Shown here piece after piece: positions 20,221-29,083 of a stretch of DNA of 64,000 bases. The position numbers were made by a program, and so were the translations under genes. How positions within the stretch are numbered: the stretch's first letter is position 1; each line of letters starts with the position of its first letter. The notes under the pieces are model-generated. The model searched no databases and was not told the DNA's origin. It was given only the letters and a program-made list of their open reading frames with translations. This DNA comes from OCS116 cluster bacterium AG-435-F03 (GTDB taxonomy: Bacteria > Pseudomonadota > Alphaproteobacteria > MED-G09): NCBI GenBank assembly GCA_003212795.1, contig QCOV01000003.1:78676-142675 (forward strand), read 5' to 3'.

Positions 20221-21489
20221 TTACAGAAGCTCAAAAATTAGAGAGACTTGTGTCCCTTCCCCAATTTTGCTAGAAATTTTTAATTCTGCATTGTGCCGAT
20301 TCGCAATATGTTTCACAATACTTAAACCCAATCCAGTTCCACCCTTTTTCTTGCTATCCTCTGGATCTACTCGATAAAACCTTTCACTTAATCTTTCTAA
20401 GTGAATATCGTCAATGCCCAAACCATTATCTTTAATATTTAAAATGGCATTTTGATCTTTAGTGAAAAGCTCAATAATAACATCGCCATTTTTATTATTA
20501 TATCTAATTGCATTTTCTATTAAATTCAAAAACGCTCTTCTTAAATCATTCTGTTCGCCAATAATAAAGGTATCATCTTTAGGGATTGATAATTTTAAAT
20601 TAATTTGCTCTTTTTTTGTTAAAATAAGAAGAGACTCCGCAACTTCCTCAATTATTAGATTAAGGTTAACCTTCTCTTCTAATGTAATATTTTCTCTCAT
20701 TTCTAAGTAATTCAATGACAAAAGATCCTCAATTAGTGTCTGCACCCTCTCTGCTTCATCACCTAATTTTTTTAGAAATTTTTTCTGCATTTTAGGGTCC
20801 TCATCACCAAAATTAAGTAAAGTTTCTGTCAAACCGAGGATTACAGAAATGGGGGTTTTCAACTCATGACTAGCATTAGAAATAAATTCTGTCCGAATTT
20901 TTGATAGTCTTTTTAATTCGGTAATATTTTTAAGGTAAATTACTACTTCACCTTCATTATTCCTATTATTTATCCCTTTTACAGCATTTGCAATATTGGT
21001 TTCAAAAAATAATTCTTCATCTAATGAAATATCTATTTTTTTTGATATGTTCTCTTCACGTACTTCTTGAATAGAATTCATGAGATTAGCTGATGGAATT
21101 ATTGATGTTAATCTTATAATGTCTTCGCTATCAAATGCTTTGTTATCAAAAAAGATAATCTGTGCATTTGTATTATAGAAAATTATTTCCTCTTTTTTGT
21201 TCACGATAATTAAAGCGTCAGGTAGTGAATTTAAACTTTCAACAATATAATCAAAATAAGTATCTTCGGAAAATTTTTGTATATTATTTGCTACATTAAC
21301 ATCATTTTTTTGTACCACCGTAATTACAAGAAGTCCGCTGGCAAAAAGCACAATAAAAACCAGATAAGATAAGATTGTTATTGCCCCAGCAAAATACAAT
21401 AGGATAAAGATAAAGGATGCAAGGCCAAGTATTGGCATACTTGATTCTAAATTTTGTTTAAAATCTGATCTTTTATCTCTTTCTTTCAT
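20221..21489 (-). CDS. phoR: Phosphate regulon sensor histidine kinase
   Basis: Two TM segments, PAS-like region, FISNASHELKTP H-box, NLIENAIRY, ERFYRVD, GGTGLGL. Confidence 0.9.
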   Translation of the reverse strand: MKERDKRSDFKQNLESSMPILGLASFIFILLYFAGAITILSYLVFIVLFASGLLVITVVQKNDVNVANNIQKFSEDTYFDYIVESLNSLPDALIIVNKKEEIIFYNTNAQIIFFDNKAFDSEDIIRLTSIIPSANLMNSIQEVREENISKKIDISLDEELFFETNIANAVKGINNRNNEGEVVIYLKNITELKRLSKIRTEFISNASHELKTPISVILGLTETLLNFGDEDPKMQKKFLKKLGDEAERVQTLIEDLLSLNYLEMRENITLEEKVNLNLIIEEVAESLLILTKKEQINLKLSIPKDDTFIIGEQNDLRRAFLNLIENAIRYNNKNGDVIIELFTKDQNAILNIKDNGLGIDDIHLERLSERFYRVDPEDSKKKGGTGLGLSIVKHIANRHNAELKISSKIGEGTQVSLIFELL

Positions 21490-21598
21490 TTTCTTTTTTA
21501 AACTTATGTCAAATTTCTAATTATAATAGATAATATATAAAACAAAAAATTTTATAATATAGTGATAAAATTATTATATACTTAAACGAGACAATATT

Positions 21599-22108
21599 AT
21601 GGATTTAAATTTACTTTTATGGAGACATGCTAAGACTGAAATTGGATTTCATGATCATGATAGGAATCTGACCAAAAGAGGTAAGAGTGATGCAAATATT
21701 GTTGGAAAATATATTTTAGAAAACACATTATCTTTTAAAATTTTAACATCATCTTCAAATAGAACAGTGCAAACGACTAAAACTTTATTAGATTTATCTT
21801 TTCAAAAGAATAATTTTCAAATCATTGAAGATTTGTATTTAGCTTCCGATGATGAAATGAAAGATATAATATTCTCTTATAAGAAAGAAAGTCAGAATAT
21901 TATTTGTATTGCTCATAATCCTGGTATTCATCAATTAGCTTTATCATTAGTCAAAAAAAGCTCTATCGATCCTAAATTTGAAAAGATAAATCACAAATAT
22001 CCCACAGCAGCTCTTGCTGTTATAAAAATTAAAGATGGTAATTGGGAAAACTTATATAACAACCAAAATGAATTAATAGATTTTATTACGCCCAAAGATT
22101 TGAAGTAA
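21599..22108 (+). CDS. sixA: SixA-type phosphohistidine phosphatase
   Basis: RHAK, DHDRNLTKRG, SSSNRTVQT, LYLA, AHNPG, YPTA. Confidence 0.8.
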   Translation: MDLNLLLWRHAKTEIGFHDHDRNLTKRGKSDANIVGKYILENTLSFKILTSSSNRTVQTTKTLLDLSFQKNNFQIIEDLYLASDDEMKDIIFSYKKESQNIICIAHNPGIHQLALSLVKKSSIDPKFEKINHKYPTAALAVIKIKDGNWENLYNNQNELIDFITPKDLK

Positions 22109-22114
22109 ATATAT

Positions 22115-22903
22115 TTATTCAAATCCTCTTATTGGTAATTCTTTATAATTAAAACCCTTTTCAATTGTTGGCTTAATTGTTGAAAAAAAAGGAGACAAGT
22201 CAAAGTCTCTGGGTACAAACAATGAATAATGTCGAATATGGTAGTATTCTTTTTCAATATACTGACTGTGTTTAACTCCTCTATAGGAAACTTCTTTTAA
22301 CTTTTTTTCCTTTTGGATAACTGGCAATATTGGATAACTAATAGATTGGAATGCTTTTGCAATTAATGTGGAACAAATTACTTTTGAAGGTGTTCCAGAT
22401 CCGAGAGCAAGCATTCTTCTTCTAAATCGAATTGGAACAGGTGGTTGTGGAAGTAAATATCTCATTAAATCAATAATATTTTTTCTATCATAATCAAGAC
22501 CAATAGATTCAATCATGAATTCAATTACCTTTTCTTTTTCAAGATCAGATAAGCCAGCTGGTCTACAAATTCTAGTGTTAAATTTTTCATATTTTGATAA
22601 AGGAACTGCTATAACTCCATCTTTTAAATCTGATTCAATTAAAATAGCATCCGAACCAAACTTTTGAGAAAATTTATTATTTTTACCGAGATAAAAAGCT
22701 GCATGCGACCATGTTGATTGAGTAAGATATTTTATTGCAGAAGAAACCCTCTGATTTCCATCAACCAATAAAATGTCACCGGGTTGCATAACTGACTCAA
22801 GATCTCGTAAATTAAATGGACTTCTATTTTCGTACTCTTTAATTGGTTTTTGAAGCCATTCTACAATTAGTTTATTTAATTTCTCAAAGATTTGAAACAC
22901 CAA
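22115..22903 (-). CDS. Permuted papain-like NlpC/P60 protein (YaeF/YiiX family)
   Basis: PGDILLV, IKYLTQSTWSHAA (His) preceding ICSTLIA (Cys). Confidence 0.8.
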   Translation of the reverse strand: MVFQIFEKLNKLIVEWLQKPIKEYENRSPFNLRDLESVMQPGDILLVDGNQRVSSAIKYLTQSTWSHAAFYLGKNNKFSQKFGSDAILIESDLKDGVIAVPLSKYEKFNTRICRPAGLSDLEKEKVIEFMIESIGLDYDRKNIIDLMRYLLPQPPVPIRFRRRMLALGSGTPSKVICSTLIAKAFQSISYPILPVIQKEKKLKEVSYRGVKHSQYIEKEYYHIRHYSLFVPRDFDLSPFFSTIKPTIEKGFNYKELPIRGFE

Positions 22904-23264
22904 TCACAATAGCGGTAAACCCCATAATACTCATTAAAAGAAATGTACCTTGAGCACCTATTAAACGAGGATAATTAGCTCCAGGACTTCTGCTCATTCC
23001 CCATGCGTGTAATACCCTAAAGATAACAAGTAGACCTCCCATTGTATGAACAATATGTGGATGAACACCTGATATCTCTATAAGAAAAAGAAGAAATAAA
23101 GAAAGTGGTACATTTTCGATAAAATTAGATTGCACTCTTTGAACTGTATTATCTCTCCATTCTGGTTCTTTATCTCCTCTTAAACGAACATAAAGGACCT
23201 GGTTTGCCAATAGAACGGATAGTAAGATTAATATTCCAGCATATAATAAAGTGATCGATGCCAT
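22884..23264 (-). CDS. MAPEG family membrane protein
   Basis: RVQSNFIENVP, RVLHAWG; four hydrophobic segments. Confidence 0.8.
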   Translation of the reverse strand: MASITLLYAGILILLSVLLANQVLYVRLRGDKEPEWRDNTVQRVQSNFIENVPLSLFLLFLIEISGVHPHIVHTMGGLLVIFRVLHAWGMSRSPGANYPRLIGAQGTFLLMSIMGFTAIVIGVSNL

Positions 23265-23491
23265 TATAACGCTCCTAAAATAACAAATATAATACCAATG
23301 ACTGATAAGCTAATACCTATCCATGCATATTGATCGAACCAAAAAAGCATGAAGGCCTTTTGTGAGCCTTTTTCAGCGGTTGCAGTTTCTCCAGACTTGA
23401 GCTGTCTTGGTAATCCTGAAACCCAAAAAATTTGCAATCCTAACCATAAAAAACCAAGACCTATTGGAATAAACCAAAAATTTTCATCCAT
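23264..23491 (-). CDS. Small two-TM membrane protein
   Basis: GGGAG RBS, two hydrophobic helices, TAATG coupling to the MAPEG gene. Confidence 0.7.
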   Translation of the reverse strand: MDENFWFIPIGLGFLWLGLQIFWVSGLPRQLKSGETATAEKGSQKAFMLFWFDQYAWIGISLSVIGIIFVILGAL

Positions 23492-23516
23492 GTTTAGACT
23501 CCCTTACTCATTTTCA

Positions 23517-24590
23517 TCATGAACCTACTTTTAAAGATATCAGAGGAAGATCAAGAAAAGAAACAAAACCTGGCTCAGCATCACAGACATAAGGTATCGC
23601 ATTTACCCCATGCATAGCTGTTGAAATAAGAGGATCATCATTCCAGTCATGACTGAAAGAGACTTTCATTTTTGGCACTCCCTCAACTTCTACAGTAACA
23701 CCTACAGGATCATTCCATTCTGGCGCTGAATCTTCGCTCGCTCTATAAATTGCCTCTTGAATAATTGTAACATCATTAGAGCAATTTCCTGTCCATTTAC
23801 GTCTTTGTGCAGCAATAGTTCCTTTAGCAATTTTACCTGCAGCAATTTCAAAGTCTTTTTCAGCAGTAACCAGTTTTAAATCTTCTTCAACATCTAAAAC
23901 TTCCACACCTATTCCTTCAGCAATGAGATAAATAGCTTCTTTAAATAAACCTGATAACCACGCCTCATAGCGTTCAGCTTCAACTTCATATTCTTCCATA
24001 GTCTTGCCCATAAGCATCCCATCAATAACGATCTCTTTTGAAGGATAATAAGAAAACTCTGAACTCTCACTTACAATTATTTTTTTAATTTCCTGAGACA
24101 TCCCAGTCATTGTAAGAGGGACCAACTCAGCAAGCCAACCAGGATTATATCCTGTTCCATGCAAGCTTACTCCGCCCTCTTTACATGCGCTTTCAATTTC
24201 ATTTAAATAATCTTCTCCAAATGCTTTAGGAAAAAGAAAACCAACTGTAGTAACTACATTAATTCCACTTCTTAGAATTTTGATAATATTTTTTTTATCG
24301 AGATCGGGGTCCTCATTAACTCTAAATGAGGCTAAAGGAGTATAATTAATACAATCAATATCTAAATCTGCATTTAAAAATTCATCTATATTATTTGTAG
24401 CTTTTACCCCTAATTCTTCAATGCCAATAATGGCTCCAGCATCCATCCCGATTTTGTTTTCATCAGAAACTATTAAACCGGAAAGATTTAAATCTTTTCT
24501 ATTATTAATACCAATGATTGAAGCCTTACCAACATTGCCGCTTGACCATTGAACAACATTATATGTTTCTTTTTTCAAAATATTCTCCAT
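23517..24590 (-). CDS. NAD(P)-dependent oxidoreductase, dihydrodipicolinate-reductase-like / diaminopentanoate dehydrogenase family
   Basis: VVQWSSGNVG, KIGMDAG, GINVVTT, SLHGTGYNPG, TAMHGVNAIPYVCDAEPG. Confidence 0.75.
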   Translation of the reverse strand: MENILKKETYNVVQWSSGNVGKASIIGINNRKDLNLSGLIVSDENKIGMDAGAIIGIEELGVKATNNIDEFLNADLDIDCINYTPLASFRVNEDPDLDKKNIIKILRSGINVVTTVGFLFPKAFGEDYLNEIESACKEGGVSLHGTGYNPGWLAELVPLTMTGMSQEIKKIIVSESSEFSYYPSKEIVIDGMLMGKTMEEYEVEAERYEAWLSGLFKEAIYLIAEGIGVEVLDVEEDLKLVTAEKDFEIAAGKIAKGTIAAQRRKWTGNCSNDVTIIQEAIYRASEDSAPEWNDPVGVTVEVEGVPKMKVSFSHDWNDDPLISTAMHGVNAIPYVCDAEPGFVSFLDLPLISLKVGS

Positions 24591-24675
24591 TTATTAAAAA
24601 ATATCTTAATTTGCTAATTAGATTATGTCATGAGATTTACATTTTAATATAAACTATTCATATAAATAAATTTAT

Positions 24676-24705
24676 AAAAAAAGGCCATCACTAGAGTGAT
24701 GGCCT
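24676..24705 (-). terminator. Intrinsic terminator after ppx
   Basis: AGGCCATCAC-TCTA-GTGATGGCCT hairpin followed by a T run on the minus strand. Confidence 0.85.
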
Positions 24706-24773
24706 GAACTTATTTAAGCTGAATAAAACATTGTGGGGAGGTTAGTAATATTCAAACAAATTCGCTAACACAT
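24676..24773 (-). ncRNA. Candidate 3'UTR-derived sRNA with an anti-Shine-Dalgarno seed
   Basis: CCUCCCCACAA lies between the ppx stop and the terminator and is complementary to the RBS at 35234-35244. Confidence 0.3.
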
Positions 24774-25703
24774 TTAAGCGCACAATGTGTCATATTTATA
24801 AACATTAGGTAAAACTTTTTTTATTTGCGAATAGGCTATTCCATCTATTAATCCCCAAGGTAATGCATAAATTTTTTTTATTTTAAGCTTTTGAGCTATA
24901 TATAGATATATTGAACCAGTATATTTTATAGTTTCTGCTCTATCAGAGGTAATATTAAGGAGATCACTTGTGCGCTTTTTATCGAGATAGCTAATAGAAT
25001 AAATTAAATCATTAAAATCTTCAGTTTTAAAATTATCTTTATTTTGTTTTTTTATTAAACCTCTTATTCCTCCACCGCTACCAAACATATAATTAAAATT
25101 TTTATTTTCAAAATTTGATAAGTAATTACCCATTTCTTGCCATTTGAGTTTATTGATTTTTGACTGATATAAAGAAACACCGCCAATAGGAAAGGATTTT
25201 AAATCAAAAATTTTTCCTCCTTTAATAAATATTAATTCTGTACTACCTCCGCCAACATCAACTATGACATAATTTTTTTCTGTATTTGTTTTATCAATTA
25301 ATGTGTTATTAGGAATACCAAGATTCTTAATAAGTTTGATTTCATCTTCACCAGAGATAACTTCTATTTCAAGGTCACAAAATTTTCTCAACTCATTAAT
25401 AATATTTCCTCTATTTTTTGCCTGCCTGATTGCAGCAGTTGCGCAAGCTCGAACATAATTAACCCCATTGTCTTTTGCTGTTTTTTCAAAGTCTTTTAAA
25501 AGTTTACCCAATTTTTTAATCGTCTTCTTTTTAATTTTTTTATTGGACCCATCATAAATATCTTTTGCTAGTCGTAATGGTACTCTTCTTCTTAATTCCT
25601 TGATTTCATATAAAGATTCACATGCAGCGTCATAATTATATATTCTATTTTTGATAGAATTTGAGCCTATATCTATTGCTGATATTTTAAACGAATCACC
25701 CAA
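24774..25703 (-). CDS. ppx: Ppx/GppA family exopolyphosphatase (short form)
   Basis: AIDIGSNS, ATAAIRQAKN, ISGEDE, DVGGGSTE, DRAE. Confidence 0.85.
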   Translation of the reverse strand: MGDSFKISAIDIGSNSIKNRIYNYDAACESLYEIKELRRRVPLRLAKDIYDGSNKKIKKKTIKKLGKLLKDFEKTAKDNGVNYVRACATAAIRQAKNRGNIINELRKFCDLEIEVISGEDEIKLIKNLGIPNNTLIDKTNTEKNYVIVDVGGGSTELIFIKGGKIFDLKSFPIGGVSLYQSKINKLKWQEMGNYLSNFENKNFNYMFGSGGGIRGLIKKQNKDNFKTEDFNDLIYSISYLDKKRTSDLLNITSDRAETIKYTGSIYLYIAQKLKIKKIYALPWGLIDGIAYSQIKKVLPNVYKYDTLCA

Positions 25704-26523
25704 GATATTTAGATAGTATCTTGTATTGATTATAATTCAAATTTTCAAAGACTTCTCCCTCATAGATAAATTGATAATGTCTAGATTCATTATCTAAATT
25801 TCTGGGCTTTAAAACTTTTTTCTTATTATATTCCAACTTATTTATGAGGTAATGCATTGATGAAATTCTAGCTAATCTTTTATTATGAGCATTAATAACA
25901 ACCCACGGAGCTTTATTTGTTGATGTTCTTTCAAACATTTGTTCTTTATATAATTTAAAAACATCAAACTTATTCACAATTTGAGAGTCAGTATCAGAAA
26001 ATTTCCAATATTTAATTGGGCTATCTTTTCGAGATTTAAGCCTGTGTTGCTGAGATTCTTTATCAATAGATAAATAAAACTTCACCAACTCAACTTTATC
26101 ATCCATGAGCTCTTCTTCCCATGTGTTAACTCTATTCATAAAATTTTTATATTGCCTTTGAGAACAAAATCCTAAAGTTGGCTCAATTAACGCTCTGCTA
26201 TACCATGAGCGATCAAAAAAAACTATTTCACCAGGTTTTGGAATTTTTTTTTCATATCGATGAAACCAATTCTTTGACTCCGCTTTTGTAGGAACCCCCA
26301 AGTGAACATAAGAAATTTTATCAGGTATTAAATTTTCAGAAAATTGCTTTATTGCTGCAGTTTTACCTGCTGAATCTCTACCTTCAAAAATAACGGCTAT
26401 TTTTCTTTTGTTATTAATAACATCTTGCTGAAGTTTTACTAACTCTACTTGGAGACGATATTTCTCATTTGCATATGCTTTCTGAGATAATTTCTTATAT
26501 TCTCTTAGATCATAAATAATCAT
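25696..26523 (-). CDS. ppk2: Polyphosphate kinase 2
   Basis: LQVELVKLQ, FEGRDSAGK, FDRSWYSRA, WKFSDTD, APWVVI. Confidence 0.92.
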   Translation of the reverse strand: MIIYDLREYKKLSQKAYANEKYRLQVELVKLQQDVINNKRKIAVIFEGRDSAGKTAAIKQFSENLIPDKISYVHLGVPTKAESKNWFHRYEKKIPKPGEIVFFDRSWYSRALIEPTLGFCSQRQYKNFMNRVNTWEEELMDDKVELVKFYLSIDKESQQHRLKSRKDSPIKYWKFSDTDSQIVNKFDVFKLYKEQMFERTSTNKAPWVVINAHNKRLARISSMHYLINKLEYNKKKVLKPRNLDNESRHYQFIYEGEVFENLNYNQYKILSKYLG

Positions 26524-26550
26524 TAATACTCTCCAGTTAAATGACTTACA

Positions 26551-27201
26551 TTATTTTTTGTTCAAAAACCTTATGAAATAAAATGCTATTAGAGCCCCAA
26601 TTATTTGTGCAATTATAAAGATCAAAATAGAATTTGGGTTTATTCCAGTAAAATTATCAGTAAAAACTCTTGATATTGTAACAGCAGGATTGGCAAAAGA
26701 AGTTGAAGAAGTGAACCAATAAGCTCCAGAAATATATAATCCTACACTTGCAGCAATAGTATTAGATTTATTTGCTTCAATTAGTCCAAATATAGTTGCT
26801 ACTAATCCAAATGTAGCAATTATTTCACTAATAAATAACTTATCCGAATATCTCTCAACCTGAGAAAAGACAAATAGATAATCTGTAAACATATAATTTG
26901 CAATTATCGCACCCAAAATTCCGCCAAAGATTTGAGCAGTAGAAAAATTTATAAATTGTTTAATTGTTAAATCGCCTCTCAACATAAAACAAAATGAAAC
27001 TACGGGATTAAAATGTGCCCCTGAATAAGTAGAAAAAATATTGATAAGAACAAAAAGCATTACACCAGTAGCTAATGTATTTGCAATAAGTTGGTTGCCG
27101 GGTGAATCATTAAATAAATTTTCAGCCATATGACCCGAACCAATAACAGTTGCAACTAAAAAGAATGTACCAATTAATTCACTAAGAAGTTTTTTAGTCA
27201 T
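26551..27201 (-). CDS. MIP/aquaporin family channel, arsenite-efflux type
   Basis: SGAHFNPVV and AYWFTSSTSFANPAVT; directly after arsC; ATG 27201 preferred over 27213. Confidence 0.85.
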   Translation of the reverse strand: MTKKLLSELIGTFFLVATVIGSGHMAENLFNDSPGNQLIANTLATGVMLFVLINIFSTYSGAHFNPVVSFCFMLRGDLTIKQFINFSTAQIFGGILGAIIANYMFTDYLFVFSQVERYSDKLFISEIIATFGLVATIFGLIEANKSNTIAASVGLYISGAYWFTSSTSFANPAVTISRVFTDNFTGINPNSILIFIIAQIIGALIAFYFIRFLNKK

Positions 27202-27745
27202 TTGCTGCCTCAATTAAATAATTACTAATCACCAAAGAAATTTGGTTTCTTCGGTCACTCTTTTTCAAATCTTGAAATTCCTTTTTTTTGGCAATAAATT
27301 CAGTTGAAGCAACAGCATCTTTTAAGAATTGAAATCGTAAACTCAAAATAATAAAAATATTTTCAAAAGCTTTCATAGCTTCATCTTCTGATGAAAAAAT
27401 TGCTGGATCATCTAAATTCCATGAAATCTTCGGAATATCACCAAGCCAAACTGGACATGATGTTTCTTCGGCATTTTGACACAATGTCACTATAATATCA
27501 GGTGACCAAGATCCTTTTATTTTTTTTTCAATATTAAATTCTTCCCAAGATTTACTTCTTAAATATGATTTACTGATAGCAAATTTTTTGAGTGTTTTAA
27601 TGCAAAATGGATTAACTTCGCCAACTGGATCACTCCCTGCTGACTGAAAGGATAGATCATCAAACTCAAAGCTGTTAGCAATGCCTTCAGCCATTATTGA
27701 CCTAGCAGAATTTCCTGTACACAAAAAAAGAATCTTATTTTTCAT
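27194..27745 (-). CDS. arsC: Arsenate reductase (LMW-PTP / thioredoxin type)
   Basis: CTGNSARS P-loop, SAGS, SKSW, TLC...CPVW redox cysteines, WNLDDP. Confidence 0.88.
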   Translation of the reverse strand: MKNKILFLCTGNSARSIMAEGIANSFEFDDLSFQSAGSDPVGEVNPFCIKTLKKFAISKSYLRSKSWEEFNIEKKIKGSWSPDIIVTLCQNAEETSCPVWLGDIPKISWNLDDPAIFSSEDEAMKAFENIFIILSLRFQFLKDAVASTEFIAKKKEFQDLKKSDRRNQISLVISNYLIEAAND

Positions 27746-27787
27746 AAGTCCAAACTATTTTATTGCGCGTTAATATAATTGATTAAT

Positions 27788-27805
27788 ATTACAGAAATAT
27801 TACAA
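27788..27805 (-). promoter_or_regulatory. Pho-box-like repeat upstream of arsC
   Basis: Minus strand TTGTAAT-ATTT-CTGTAAT, 11-bp period, 42 bp before the start. Confidence 0.65.
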
Positions 27806-27819
27806 AGTATTTTAAAAAA

Positions 27820-28764
27820 TTATAGAAATACTTCGTCTTTAACACCAAAGAGAACACCGCGCATCCAAGCATTTGCTGGATCATCAGTAGATCTTTTATT
27901 CCATATCATTTTCACTGAAAATTCATCTGATTTAAATGGTAGAGAAACTACATCAAATTCATCTTTGTTATTTACTAGGGCGCTAACATTACTTGATAAT
28001 GATATAATACAGTCTGTCTCGCGAACTATTTCAATTGCAGCTTGATAATAATTCACTGATACCATTTTATTTCGTTTTCTTCCCATTTTCGCTAATGTCA
28101 CATCTACAGGGCTATTACTGATACCATCTATACTAATGAATACATGGTCTGCAGCTAAAAAGTTTTCAAAACTTATCTTATTATTTTTAATTAATGGATG
28201 GCCTTTCCTTGCAACGCATCGATAAGTATCACGATAAACTTCAAAGCTATCAAAATATTCATCAAATCTTTGTCCAACAGGTGATTCCATTTCCTGGACC
28301 ATATGTGGATCGGCAGCCAAGATAAAATCAATATCATGATTTTTTAATCTTTCTAAAACACCATTTTGCAAAGCAATATTTGTTATTTTTATTTTTGGTG
28401 CTTCTTCTTGAAGTGTTTGAACTACCCTAGCGGCAACTTTTGATGCAGCAACATCAGGTGTACAAAAAACAAATCTTTTTTCAGACTCTGCTGGATTAAA
28501 ACCTTCACGTGTCAATGTACCATCAATTAATTCCAGTGCTTTTTTTATAGGACCAACAAATTCTAAGGCTGCAGGTGTTGGCTGCATGCGATCGCCTGAT
28601 CGAAAAAAAAGATCATCCTTCATTGTATAACGCAATCTATTAAGAGCGTTACTTACAGCAGATTGGGATAAATTAAGTTTATCAGAAGCTTTTGTTATTG
28701 AGCCTTCGTCAAAGATTGAATCAAAGACAACAAGCAGATTTAAATCAAGATTATTAAAATTCAT
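27820..28764 (-). CDS. LysR family transcriptional regulator (NodD/DntR-like)
   Basis: DLNLLVVFD, LNLSQSAVSNALNRLR, DLFFR...MQPT, DPANAWMR. Confidence 0.92.
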   Translation of the reverse strand: MNFNNLDLNLLVVFDSIFDEGSITKASDKLNLSQSAVSNALNRLRYTMKDDLFFRSGDRMQPTPAALEFVGPIKKALELIDGTLTREGFNPAESEKRFVFCTPDVAASKVAARVVQTLQEEAPKIKITNIALQNGVLERLKNHDIDFILAADPHMVQEMESPVGQRFDEYFDSFEVYRDTYRCVARKGHPLIKNNKISFENFLAADHVFISIDGISNSPVDVTLAKMGRKRNKMVSVNYYQAAIEIVRETDCIISLSSNVSALVNNKDEFDVVSLPFKSDEFSVKMIWNKRSTDDPANAWMRGVLFGVKDEVFL

Positions 28765-28804
28765 TTTATGAATACTCTACATTTTTATAATTCATTTGAT
28801 AAAT
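28759..28804. promoter_or_regulatory. Putative LysR operator boxes
   Basis: Palindrome ATTCAT-TTT-ATGAAT (28759-28773, T-N11-A, over the lysR start) and similar ATTCATTTGATAAAT (28790-28804). Confidence 0.5.
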
Positions 28805-28868
28805 ATATAGGAGATCACTATATATAAGTCAATATTAATTCACTGACATAATTTTTATAGGAGAAAAA

Positions 28869-28946
28869 ATGTCAATACTTAAAAACATACTAATAGTGTT
28901 CTTATTCGCATCGGTGCTAATAGCAATACAACCTGTTTTTATATAG
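28869..28946 (+). CDS. Small hydrophobic peptide, 25 aa
   Basis: AGGAGA RBS; MSILKNILIVFLFASVLIAIQPVFI*; below the ORF-track cutoff. Confidence 0.5.
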   Translation: MSILKNILIVFLFASVLIAIQPVFI

Positions 28947-29009
28947 TTTCGACGATCAGTCAATATTGATTTAACTGATTAACAAAATTTAGCTGAAAAG
29001 CAAACGGTA

Positions 29010-29064
29010 TTGGGTAATCTTACCATCCTTCCCCCTCCCAACCCTTCAAGGTGGGATTACCCAA
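29010..29064 (+). ncRNA. Candidate structured RNA: 15-bp stem with a 25-nt C-rich loop
   Basis: UUGGGUAAUCUUACC pairs with GGUGGGAUUACCCAA (two G-U pairs on the + strand); loop AUCCUUCCCCCUCCCAACCCUUCAA. Confidence 0.5.
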
Positions 29065-29083
29065 AAAACTTTAGGAAAGAAAA

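Noticed and set aside
24625-24642. Pho-box-like ATGTCAT-GAGA-TTTACAT
   Set aside because: Weak second half-site, and oriented opposite to the adjacent gene
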